Part shown: positions 11,062 to 19,627 of the stretch, in pieces
How positions within the stretch are numbered: the stretch's first letter is position 1
Layout: every line of letters begins with the position of its first letter
From: an uncultured Spirochaetia bacterium
GTDB lineage: Bacteria > Spirochaetota > Brachyspiria > Brachyspirales > Brachyspiraceae
Assembly (NCBI GenBank): GCA_947038115.1
Contig: CAMQVF010000001.1
Coordinates: 14,983 to 78,982 of the forward strand
Length of the DNA: 64,000 nucleotides
Direction of reading: 5' to 3'
Program-made: the position numbers and the translations under genes
Notes under the pieces: generated by a model
The model's input: the letters and a program-made list of their open reading frames with translations, nothing else
The model's database searches: none
What the model was told of the DNA's origin: nothing

Positions 11062-12381
11062 TTAATAACTTCTTCGTATTTGACTAACTATTGTTTTATC
11101 TGTAATTTTATCATCATCGTATAATAAAAATGCTTTTGAAATAATAATCGATATAGCCGTGTCATCATCGAACGGAATGAACAAATTATTTGTATTATCT
11201 TTTTTTGTTTTATCAGCGACGATGCATAAATATTCGTCATTAGGATACATTAAAATATTTGTACTGCCTATATGTATTTTATATTTTCTAATTTTACCTT
11301 CAATAATTAAAAAGTTTCCTTCTATAGAACATGCTTCAGATATTTTTAATTTTGGTATAATATTTTTTAATGTATCTTTTCTAGTTTTAGCAATTTCAGA
11401 TAATTTTCCAAATGAATAATTATTCCAATACTCACGATGTTCATTAGAATTATCTCCATAAATCCACATAGGGTCGCTTCCAATGCTTGAAACACCCACA
11501 AATAAATCGATGTCTCTCATAACTTCGCTAAAAACTATTTTGTCAATATTATCTAATTTCAACACTGATGAATTATTTTTATCTATAAATTTTAATTCAT
11601 TAGTTGTAACATAATCGCATATTAAAAAATTATTGACTTGAGCATCAATTCTCTCGAGTGTAAATTCAGCTTTTATATTATAGCTTTCTATGTCAAGTTC
11701 CGCTATATGCTTATCTTTACTATTATAAAAAACACCCATCATGGAGTAATTCCAATTTCGTAATTTTGTAAGCATGCCAAATTGATTTTGTTTTAATATA
11801 TGTGATGCCATTCTTAAAGAATAAGTGTCTGTGCTTTTTTCAGCATCTGTAACAATATAGACTTCTCTAAACGCCTGCTTAAATGCTTGCTTTATCTCAT
11901 TTTTCGATATAGTTTCTCGCCACTTTTGTATTGTTTCTAAATCGCTATTAATAGGATGCCATAGACTAACTTCTCTCGCATCGTTTATATTAATTTTTTT
12001 TTCATAAGCATTAATCCAATTATCATTATGAAAAATAGCACTTTCAACAGTATCATCAAAGTGAAAATTCCATATTAATACCTGTGTAAAAATCGTCATT
12101 AATGGGTGAATTATGTAATATTTATTAAAATGATTAATATCCATAAATCGATTGATGAGAAATATTTTATCTAACCGATTTTTTTGTAAAGTTATAGTTT
12201 TTTCTATTTGCTTTATTATAGAATTCATCTCATTTATTTCATTTAAGTATTTCGTTTTTATAGACTTTGGAGGCGTTTTTATAATATTTTTATCATTTGT
12301 AAGCCATGTTCTTTTCACTTTAGAGGCGGATATAATTTCTATTACGTGAGTATAATCGTCAAACTGCCATATTCTTTGCAT
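11062..12381 (-). CDS. DUF4132-family protein (minimal, domain-only form)
   Basis: 439-aa ORF. The blocks LWHPINSD...KQAFKQAFREVY, FSEVMRDIDLFVGVSSIGSDP, YWNNYSFGKLSE, YKIHIGSTNILMYPNDEYLCIV and FIPFDDD match the DUF4132 conserved blocks as I remember them. Confidence 0.6.
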   Translation of the reverse strand: MQRIWQFDDYTHVIEIISASKVKRTWLTNDKNIIKTPPKSIKTKYLNEINEMNSIIKQIEKTITLQKNRLDKIFLINRFMDINHFNKYYIIHPLMTIFTQVLIWNFHFDDTVESAIFHNDNWINAYEKKININDAREVSLWHPINSDLETIQKWRETISKNEIKQAFKQAFREVYIVTDAEKSTDTYSLRMASHILKQNQFGMLTKLRNWNYSMMGVFYNSKDKHIAELDIESYNIKAEFTLERIDAQVNNFLICDYVTTNELKFIDKNNSSVLKLDNIDKIVFSEVMRDIDLFVGVSSIGSDPMWIYGDNSNEHREYWNNYSFGKLSEIAKTRKDTLKNIIPKLKISEACSIEGNFLIIEGKIRKYKIHIGSTNILMYPNDEYLCIVADKTKKDNTNNLFIPFDDDTAISIIISKAFLLYDDDKITDKTIVSQIRRSY

Positions 12382-12405
12382 ATTAAATCCTTAAAAGATA
12401 ATCTA

Positions 12406-12434
12406 ATTTTATATTAAAAAAAATCTATTTTCAA
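12406..12434 (-). promoter_or_regulatory. Sigma-70-type promoter for the DUF4132 gene
   Basis: The minus strand reads TTGAAA (12434-12429), a 17-nt spacer, then TAAAAT (12411-12406). AAGGA RBS lies 7 nt before the ATG at 12381. Confidence 0.45.
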
Positions 12435-12491
12435 TTATTTATTTTAATAGAAAAAAAGTTTTTTATTTTTTACTATATATAATAAAAAATA

Positions 12492-12520
12492 TTGACATGA
12501 AGTACTATTATCAATATAAT
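12492..12520 (+). promoter_or_regulatory. Consensus sigma-70 promoter for the NSS transporter gene
   Basis: TTGACA (12492-12497), a 17-nt spacer, then TATAAT (12515-12520). The ATG at 12565 is preceded by AAGGGG. Confidence 0.55.
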
Positions 12521-12564
12521 AGACATACTTTGTTAGAGTAAAGCAATTTTTAAGGGGTATTTGT

Positions 12565-13947
12565 ATGAAGAATAGAGAACAGCTTGGGAGCAGGCTAGGT
12601 TTTATATTAGTATCGGCAGGCTGTGCCGTTGGTATGGGTAATGTGTGGCGATTTCCTTATATTACAGGACAATATGGTGGGGGTGCTTTTGTTTTACTTT
12701 ACCTAATTTCTATAGCAGTTTTAGGTCTCATACCTATGATTATGGAATTTGCTGTTGGACGTGCTGGCAGGCATGATATTGCTAATTCTTTTAAGGTGCT
12801 ACAAAAAAAAGGTCAGATATGGAGTAAGATAGGATATATTCAAATTCTTGGAAATGTTTTATTATTATCATTTTATACAACTATGTGTGGATGGTGCATG
12901 TCTTATGTGTATTTCACTGCATCAGGTCAATTAAATAATCTAGCTCCAGAGCAAATAGGTGGTTTTTTTGGTGGACTTCTACAAAGCCCTGCTACATTAA
13001 TTTTCTGGATGACTGTTAGTTTATTTTTAGGAATTATTATATGTTCATTTGGACTAAGAAAGGGTGTTGAGCGTGCAAGTAAAATTATGATGACTTCACT
13101 TTTTTGTTTGCTTCTATTGCTTATAGTAAGGTCTTTAACGCTACCCGGTGCTATGGCTGGGCTTAAGTTTTATTTAATTCCAGACTTCGGAAAGATGTTT
13201 GGTGGTGGCATTACAGGTTTTGTCGCTATTGCTTATGCGGCTATAGGACAGGCATTTTTCTCGCTTAGTGTGGGGCAGGGTGGTATGGCTATTTTTGGAA
13301 GTTATATTGATAAAAAAAGAAGGCTTACTAATGATGCTATAATTATTGTAGCTCTCGATACATTCGTTGCAATTTTAGCGGGTCTTGTAATTTTTCCTGC
13401 TAGTTTTGCTTTCAATATAAACCCGGGTCAAGGTGCTGGGCTTGCTTTTGTAACTTTGCCTAGTATATTTAACAATATGCCTTTTGGTAATTTTTGGGGA
13501 GCATTGTTTTTCTTGTTTTTATCTATGGCTGCTTTAACAACTATTATTGGAGTTTTGGAAAATGTTTACTCATTTGTAATGGATAAATATGGTTGGTCGA
13601 GAAAAAAGAGTTCTGTTATTTTAGGAATTTCTCTTTTTGTTTTAGCTTTCCCTACAATTTTAGGATTTAGCGTATGGTCATCATTTGCTCCTTTGGGAGA
13701 AGGCACTGTCGTTTTAGATTTGCTCGATTTCATCGTAAGTAATAATATTCTACCTTTGGGTGCTTTGGTTACATTATTCTTTTGTACTAGAAATATGGGC
13801 TGGGGTTGGGGTAATTTCATCAAAGAAGTTAACACTGGTGAGGGGTTATTATTTTCTGATAAACTAAAATTTTATGCGAGCTATATTTTGCCTTTAATAA
13901 TTCTTGCTATATTTTTAGTTAAATATATTGATTTAATATTTAATTAA
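12565..13947 (+). CDS. Sodium-dependent transporter, neurotransmitter:sodium symporter (NSS/SNF) family
   Basis: 460-aa polytopic ORF with the hallmark GNVWRFPY motif in TM1 and about 11-12 hydrophobic segments. Confidence 0.9.
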   Translation: MKNREQLGSRLGFILVSAGCAVGMGNVWRFPYITGQYGGGAFVLLYLISIAVLGLIPMIMEFAVGRAGRHDIANSFKVLQKKGQIWSKIGYIQILGNVLLLSFYTTMCGWCMSYVYFTASGQLNNLAPEQIGGFFGGLLQSPATLIFWMTVSLFLGIIICSFGLRKGVERASKIMMTSLFCLLLLLIVRSLTLPGAMAGLKFYLIPDFGKMFGGGITGFVAIAYAAIGQAFFSLSVGQGGMAIFGSYIDKKRRLTNDAIIIVALDTFVAILAGLVIFPASFAFNINPGQGAGLAFVTLPSIFNNMPFGNFWGALFFLFLSMAALTTIIGVLENVYSFVMDKYGWSRKKSSVILGISLFVLAFPTILGFSVWSSFAPLGEGTVVLDLLDFIVSNNILPLGALVTLFFCTRNMGWGWGNFIKEVNTGEGLLFSDKLKFYASYILPLIILAIFLVKYIDLIFN

Positions 13948-13978
13948 TGAATAAATTATTTTAGGCGGGGTATTTTTT
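13941..13978. repeat. Direct repeat copy 1 (terminator 3' half only)
   Basis: TAATTAA...TAAATTATTTTAGGCGGGGTATTTTT recurs at 14852-14910. This copy lacks the C-rich 5' arm, so it cannot fold. Confidence 0.7.
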
Positions 13979-14077
13979 AAAAAATTATGTTTAGTTATTG
14001 ATAAAATAATTAAACAATATATAATTCTTTATAGGTGAGTAATCATCTATAAATTTAATATTTTTAGGAGTTTATGT

Positions 14078-14842
14078 ATGAAAAAGATTTTTGCGATGAT
14101 GACAATTTTGTTACTGTTTGTTTTGGCTTGTTCGAATGGTATCAACCCTGACGAAGAGCAAGCAATACCAGATGCTAGTGAAAAATTAAATGAAGGCTTG
14201 AATGAAGCAAATGGCAAGCTTGTTAATATTTCAGATATGGTTAAATATTATGCTTCAGAAAAAACAGATGGAAAAGATTTTGGTAGTATTTTATATTTAG
14301 ATAAGGGACTTACTGAATTAAAAATGGCTGAAGCCGTAGTATTGAATGGGACATTCTCTTATAATCCAAGTAGAACTAGAACTTCTGGTTTAGATACTGA
14401 AATAAATAAACTTTCGTTACAATCTCAAAGTGCTGCATTCTCAACTTTTGCTGCTGGAGATAAGTTTACTTTTAATAATGAAGTTATATATCAACGTGTA
14501 ATGGATGGTGAGCTTACAGAAATTACTGATGCTAAGATTTTTGAACATAACACAGGCGGTTATAATCTAGTAACTGATAAAGGATATAAACTTTACAAAT
14601 ATACTGTTTCAAAGGTCTCAGAAAAAGGATCTAGTAAGTATGGGGAGATGATTGGTGATACATCTTACAATGGGGAATGGAATGATGGAACTGGACAAAT
14701 GCATTATATAATTAAGAAATCTCCTACTGGTAGTAAACTTACCGCAATTGTTGTAACACAAATCGAAGGAAAAAATAATGAGTTTAGTTTTGAAGGATAT
14801 ATAGCAACTCCTTCAAAGCTTTCAAGTTATGATAAACAATAA
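14078..14842 (+). CDS. Lipoprotein, function unknown
   Basis: 254-aa ORF with lipobox LFVLACSNG and AGGAG RBS. Its own TTGATA-16-TATAAT promoter lies at 13998-14025. Confidence 0.7.
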   Translation: MKKIFAMMTILLLFVLACSNGINPDEEQAIPDASEKLNEGLNEANGKLVNISDMVKYYASEKTDGKDFGSILYLDKGLTELKMAEAVVLNGTFSYNPSRTRTSGLDTEINKLSLQSQSAAFSTFAAGDKFTFNNEVIYQRVMDGELTEITDAKIFEHNTGGYNLVTDKGYKLYKYTVSKVSEKGSSKYGEMIGDTSYNGEWNDGTGQMHYIIKKSPTGSKLTAIVVTQIEGKNNEFSFEGYIATPSKLSSYDKQ

Positions 14843-14851
14843 TCTAATTTA

Positions 14852-14910
14852 TAATTAATAAATTATTTTTTATTTGCCCCGTTTAATATTATTTTAGGCG
14901 GGGTATTTTT
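14852..14910. repeat. Direct repeat copy 2 (complete terminator version)
   Basis: It has the same words as 13941-13978, interrupted by about 22 nt (TATTTGCCCCGTTTAATATT) that supply the 5' arm of a hairpin. Confidence 0.7.
14875..14910 (+). terminator. Intrinsic terminator after the lipoprotein gene
   Basis: 12-bp stem (14875-14886 pairs with 14894-14905, core CCCCG/CGGGG) with a 7-nt loop, then TTTTT. Confidence 0.65.
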
Positions 14911-14913
14911 ATA

Positions 14914-14940
14914 TAAAGCAAAATGCTCAAACTCCGAGAA
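14914..14940 (+). promoter_or_regulatory. Sigma-28 (FliA)-like promoter upstream of flgG
   Basis: TAAA (14914-14917), 16 nt, then CCGAGAA (14934-14940), compared with the consensus TAAA-N15-GCCGATAA. It lies about 33 nt upstream of the flgG ATG. Confidence 0.4.
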
Positions 14941-14972
14941 TGTAATAACTTTATTATAAATTGGAGTTTTTT

Positions 14973-15767
14973 ATGTTACGTTCACTATGGACAGCAGCGA
15001 GTGGTATGAATGCAATGCAGTTTAAAACTGATACTATTGCGAATAATTTATCAAATGTAAATACAACAGGTTTCAAAAAAAATCGTGCCGACTTTGAAGA
15101 CTTAATTTATCAAACGATGAAAACAGCTGGCACTACATCGACCGAGGATATAGTTTCACCGACAGGTATTCAAGTTGGACTTGGTGTTAAAGTATCAGCG
15201 ACTCAAAAGATGTTTGACCAAGGGTCTTTACAGGCGACAGGTAATAAACTTGACCTTGCTTTGGAAGGAGAAGGTTTTTTCAAAATAGAAATGCCTGATG
15301 GTAGCGTTTCGTATACACGTGACGGTACTTTTAAGATTGACTCTAACAGACAAGTTGTTACAGCTAATGGATATAAACTATTACCTGAAACTATATTACC
15401 TGAAAATTTTATAGCTGAAAAGATTTCTATTTCAAAGGAAGGAAATATAGAAGCTTATACTGGCGACAGTGATGAGTCGGTGCAAGTTGGTGATATTGCA
15501 CTAACCAGATTTACAAATCCAGTTGGTCTTCTTTCTATTGGTGGTAACCTTTTTATAGAGAGTGAGGCTAGTGGCCCTGCTATTGATGGTATGGCTGGTA
15601 TGGATGGACAAGCGAAGATTCATCAGGGCTTTTTAGAGATGAGTAATGTTAAAGTTGTTGATGAAATGGTTGATATGATTGTAGCACAAAGAGCTTATGA
15701 AATGAATTCTAAAGCTGTACAGACTAGTGATAGTTTACTTGCGACTCTTGTAAATTTAAAAAGATAG
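14973..15767 (+). CDS. flgG: Flagellar basal-body rod protein FlgG
   Basis: N-terminal MLRSLWTAASGMNAMQ...ANNLSNVNTTGFKK and C-terminal VDEMVDMIVAQRAYEMNSKAVQTSD rod-protein signatures. The ATG at 14973 with GGAG RBS is preferred over the TTG at 14961. Confidence 0.9.
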   Translation: MLRSLWTAASGMNAMQFKTDTIANNLSNVNTTGFKKNRADFEDLIYQTMKTAGTTSTEDIVSPTGIQVGLGVKVSATQKMFDQGSLQATGNKLDLALEGEGFFKIEMPDGSVSYTRDGTFKIDSNRQVVTANGYKLLPETILPENFIAEKISISKEGNIEAYTGDSDESVQVGDIALTRFTNPVGLLSIGGNLFIESEASGPAIDGMAGMDGQAKIHQGFLEMSNVKVVDEMVDMIVAQRAYEMNSKAVQTSDSLLATLVNLKR

Positions 15768-15794
15768 ATTTTTAAGTTTATTATATATATATTC

Positions 15795-15830
15795 AAAAAG
15801 GTTTAAAATTATTTTTTTAAGCCTTTTTTT
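15795..15830 (+). terminator. Probable intrinsic terminator after flgG
   Basis: AAAAAGGTTTAAAA pairs with TTTTAAGCCTTTTT. The stem is A/U-rich with only two G:C pairs and is followed by a T tract. Confidence 0.45.
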
Positions 15831-15890
15831 ATTGGAATTTATAAAATATTTTTTTATATAATAATTTCAATTTGTTCCGATTATATTAAT

Positions 15891-16745
15891 ATGAAATCTT
15901 ATATAACAGTATTATTTTTATTTATTAGTCTGATCGTTTCTTCTCAAACTATAATAGGCGATATTAACAAGAATATATCTGTAAGCATAGGTAAACCATC
16001 AGTCGATTTTACAACATACACAATATATTCTGATGCAGTGGCAGATTTTGGCGCTAGAAATGCCATATCTTCTGAGGCTCAATTAATGTTACAATCACAA
16101 GCAGAACAAGAAACTATTAAATTAATATATCAAGAATTATGCAATGTATTATTTAATGGCGATGAGACTGTTTATGATTTTCTTAGTGCAAACATTTATC
16201 TACAAGCATATTCATTGGATGAGTCTAAAAAATCTAGGCTTGTAAGTATTTCATATCCGACAAGAACAAGTATTAAAGTTGTTATGGCTTTAGACTTAAT
16301 CGGTGATATGGAAAATAATATAATACAAAGATATATAAATGATTCGGATTCTTATGAACCTCTTCCAGTTGTTACATATTTTGAGGTTGGAGATAGTTAT
16401 GACTCACTTGTAATTGATGCTAGAAATATAGGTTTTAATCCATCACTTTTTCCAACTATATATGATGTAGATGGAAATATGATTCATAATATATCATTCG
16501 TAAGTAAAAGCACTAATAATACTATGGGTAAACATGGTTTTGTTCGCTACACTAAAGATATTAAAAATATAAATAAAGTTTATGATGATTTGGGTAAAAA
16601 TCCATTTCATGTAGTTGCTTGGAACCCCCGTGGACGTTTGGGTGGGGATTTAGTAATAGGCAATGAAGATGCTAGTATAGTTTTAAGTACTCCAAAGCTT
16701 AAACAAGCGATAAGAGATTCTAAAGTAGTTATTATAATCGATTAA
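15891..16745 (+). CDS. Secreted protein, function unknown
   Basis: 284-aa ORF with signal peptide MKSYITVLFLFISLIVSSQ. A conserved-looking C-terminal block reads LVIDARNIGFNPSLFPTIYDVDGNMIH...GFVRY...NPFHVVAW. Confidence 0.5.
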   Translation: MKSYITVLFLFISLIVSSQTIIGDINKNISVSIGKPSVDFTTYTIYSDAVADFGARNAISSEAQLMLQSQAEQETIKLIYQELCNVLFNGDETVYDFLSANIYLQAYSLDESKKSRLVSISYPTRTSIKVVMALDLIGDMENNIIQRYINDSDSYEPLPVVTYFEVGDSYDSLVIDARNIGFNPSLFPTIYDVDGNMIHNISFVSKSTNNTMGKHGFVRYTKDIKNINKVYDDLGKNPFHVVAWNPRGRLGGDLVIGNEDASIVLSTPKLKQAIRDSKVVIIID

Positions 16746-17587
16746 TTATCGTCTGGTATTGAAAAACTTTGTTTAGAGTATTTTAGCTTTGCAACAACTC
16801 TTATCTCTAAAAATTCCATTATACTTTTTATACTTGCATCGTCATCACTTTGAGTAATAATTTTTATTTTACTTAAAATATAAGGACATTTAGAGTCGTT
16901 CTTTTGAACCCATTTTATCACTTCTGAATGAATTACCTTTATCCCAAATTTATTAAGATCAAGTTCAAATGGATTATCATGCGTATGCATTATGACATAT
17001 TTACTAATAAAGTTTTTTTTACGTGTTATAAATGGTATAAAAAATCGAAACATAAATAGACTAGTCATTATGCCAAAAAAGCCTATAAAAGCTAGTAGCC
17101 ACTGCCCTGATCCAATAACTATGCCTAGACATGCTGTAGCCCAAATAGTTGCTGCTGTAGTGATGCCATACACTTTTCCACGAGTGTAAAGAATCATACC
17201 CGCACCTAGAAAACCAATTCCTGATACTATCTGTGCAGTTATCCTTGTTAGAGCAGGGGTGCTTATAATTGTCTTTGAGCCTTGTTCTATTAACTCCGCA
17301 TTAATAGCTATTACTTTGTATATCAGCATTTCCTCATAGCAAGACAAAATGGCAGCCGCCATACATACTATACTAGTAGTGCGACCGCCAATCGGTTTTT
17401 GATGATATTCTCTTTCCATGCCAATGATAGCACCAACTATACTCGCAACTATTATTCGTAATGTTATTTCTATAATACGTCTAGTAATACCAGCATTAAG
17501 TAATACGCTTTCTAAGCTATTGATTATATTATCCACTATTTTTACACTTTTCAACAAATCTATTGAATATTTCTTGCATTTTCTCAT
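16742..17587 (-). CDS. MgtC/SapB-family membrane protein
   Basis: It has the LRIIVASIVGAIIGMEREY motif, four to five TM segments and a soluble C-terminal domain. The annotated ATG overlaps the upstream gene by 59 nt, so GTG at 17536 or TTG at 17557 are alternative starts. Confidence 0.8.
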   Translation of the reverse strand: MRKCKKYSIDLLKSVKIVDNIINSLESVLLNAGITRRIIEITLRIIVASIVGAIIGMEREYHQKPIGGRTTSIVCMAAAILSCYEEMLIYKVIAINAELIEQGSKTIISTPALTRITAQIVSGIGFLGAGMILYTRGKVYGITTAATIWATACLGIVIGSGQWLLAFIGFFGIMTSLFMFRFFIPFITRKKNFISKYVIMHTHDNPFELDLNKFGIKVIHSEVIKWVQKNDSKCPYILSKIKIITQSDDDASIKSIMEFLEIRVVAKLKYSKQSFSIPDDN

Positions 17588-18248
17588 TACTTTCTGTCAT
17601 TTTTTCAGGATGCCATTGTGTGCCAACGATGAACTCATCACCTTTATATTCGATAGCCTCGATTATACCATCATTGGATGTCGCAATAACATCAAATTTA
17701 TCTGCTACATCTTTTATTGCTTGATGATGAAATGAGTTAATTTCAGCACTATCGCCAAATATATCATATAAAAAGGAATCTTTTTTGATATTAATTTTAT
17801 GCGTAGCTAAATTAGTATGGGCACTCTGTGCATGTTTTATTTGTGATGATGTTTGAGATGAAATGTCTTGATAAATATTTCCCGAGAAAAAAACATTTAT
17901 AACTTGATGTCCTCTACATATTCCAAGGACAGGCTTTTTCATTTCAACGGCATACTGCAAAACTTTAAAATCTAAAAAATCTCTTTCTTGTGAAATGGTT
18001 CCGATTTCTTTGATAGGTTCTTCATTAAATAAAAATGGATGAATATCACTACCGCCAGAAAGCAAAACACCATCAACACTTTCTACCATTTTTTTTACAA
18101 CATTTTCATTATTACAAATAGGAAAAATTAGAGGAATGCCATCGGCTCTAATTATAGAATCTGTATATGCTGTGCTTATGAATGAGTTAGCATAAAATTC
18201 ATTGACCTCAAAGTTTATGCTAGCGGATACTCCAACAACTGTTTTCAC
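17529..18248 (-). CDS. Class I glutamine amidotransferase, peptidase C26 / gamma-glutamyl-GABA hydrolase family
   Basis: 239-aa ORF with nucleophile elbow GICRGHQ and a C-terminal GTQWHPE His/Glu pair. Confidence 0.85.
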   Translation of the reverse strand: MKTVVGVSASINFEVNEFYANSFISTAYTDSIIRADGIPLIFPICNNENVVKKMVESVDGVLLSGGSDIHPFLFNEEPIKEIGTISQERDFLDFKVLQYAVEMKKPVLGICRGHQVINVFFSGNIYQDISSQTSSQIKHAQSAHTNLATHKINIKKDSFLYDIFGDSAEINSFHHQAIKDVADKFDVIATSNDGIIEAIEYKGDEFIVGTQWHPEKMTESNEKMQEIFNRFVEKCKNSG

Positions 18249-18364
18249 TTTAAACTCCTTGTACTTAAAAAATTATTATTGTAATTATATATTATTTATA
18301 AGTTTTTTCAAATATTTCCGTAAATAGAAATAAGGTTAAAATTTGCTTTTTAGGTAATTAAAAT

Positions 18365-19591
18365 ATGTCGACTAAAAAAAATGTATCATCTAGTGCAGAT
18401 AATACGGAATTAAAAGCTACACTCAAAGAGCTTAATGCGGAAATAAATCTATTAAAAAAAGAAAGTAGCAAAGCGTCCAGTTCAAAAGAAGATATAAAAA
18501 TTCTTACAAAAAAACTTTCTGATAGTGAGAAGCAATCTAAAAATCTTGAGCTTCAATATAAAAAGGTGATAACTGCTAAAGAAAAAGAACTTGAAACAAA
18601 ATATAATTCATTAGTTAAAAAATTTGAATCAACCCAAAAAACTAATTTAAAAGACAGCGACGAAATAGAAAAACTTAAATCGACTATATCTAAACTTAAT
18701 GCAGATAATTCTGAAACTATATCTAGCTTAAAAAGAGAAGTTAAAGAATCTGAAAGTTTGAATAAAAATCTTACTAGTAAAGTTGAAAAATTAACAAATA
18801 ATATCGAACAGAAGTCATCTCAAGTATCATCCGAAGTGAAAAAAGAAAATGCTGGTTTAATTAAAAAAATAGAGGCAGAGGGAAAAAGACTTCAACGAAA
18901 GCAGAGATCATTACGAAAAGAAAGAGACAATATTTCGACCATAAAAAAATCACTTGAGAAATCGGCTCAATTTATATCGAAAGCAATGACTAAAGGTCAA
19001 TTAATGGATGACCCTAGCATTTTGGAAGACCCTGAACTTAGAGAAGCTATTGATGAGGTTATTGCTAAATTTAAAAATAAAAAAGAAGGAAAAGTTACTC
19101 CAACTGAATTACCGACAGAGCCTTTGGAAACTCCTTCATCAGAAAGTAAGTCGGAAAATTTAGAACCACAGTCGGAAGCACCAGCACCAGTAGCACCCGA
19201 ACAAAGAGTTGCTCCTTCTAATACGAACACAGAAAGGACTGAAGAAGAAAGTTCTTCTATGCTTACAAAGCCAGAAGCTGTATCACGTCCTGCGAGTGAA
19301 GTGCCGACAATGAGGCTTAAATTATCAAGTGATGCTGATGATTATGAGCATAAGCTTGTTATTACTTATGGATTTGATAATATGCCTGAAAATATGTATT
19401 ATTCGAAGTATAAAAAGATTCTTAAAAATGCTGCACGTATAACGCTTTTAGGAAATTTGCAAGAAGGTCTCGATATGTTTACTTTGGTTAGAGATCAAAA
19501 TTTACCAAAAGAATATAAAGAAATGATTGAAAAGAATATACAAGATATTACCTATTATTTAAGAGGTTTACATAGAGTGAGAATGGAATAA
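18365..19591 (+). CDS. Coiled-coil protein with Pro/Glu-rich linker, function unknown
   Basis: 408-aa ORF. About 200 aa are heptad-like and K/E/L/S-rich, followed by a PTELPTEPLETPSSE...APAPVAPEQ linker and a ~90-aa globular C-terminus. Confidence 0.6.
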   Translation: MSTKKNVSSSADNTELKATLKELNAEINLLKKESSKASSSKEDIKILTKKLSDSEKQSKNLELQYKKVITAKEKELETKYNSLVKKFESTQKTNLKDSDEIEKLKSTISKLNADNSETISSLKREVKESESLNKNLTSKVEKLTNNIEQKSSQVSSEVKKENAGLIKKIEAEGKRLQRKQRSLRKERDNISTIKKSLEKSAQFISKAMTKGQLMDDPSILEDPELREAIDEVIAKFKNKKEGKVTPTELPTEPLETPSSESKSENLEPQSEAPAPVAPEQRVAPSNTNTERTEEESSSMLTKPEAVSRPASEVPTMRLKLSSDADDYEHKLVITYGFDNMPENMYYSKYKKILKNAARITLLGNLQEGLDMFTLVRDQNLPKEYKEMIEKNIQDITYYLRGLHRVRME

Positions 19592-19627
19592 ATGGTTTTT
19601 AATTTTTATTTTAAAAGGGTTTTGTTT

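Noticed and set aside
19592-19627. Upstream ATG at 19592 as start of the heparinase-like gene
   Set aside because: The ATG at 19628 is preceded by an AAAAGGG RBS and yields a canonical lipoprotein signal peptide (MKKCIYLLLFMVVLLSSC). The extension adds 12 residues with no RBS.
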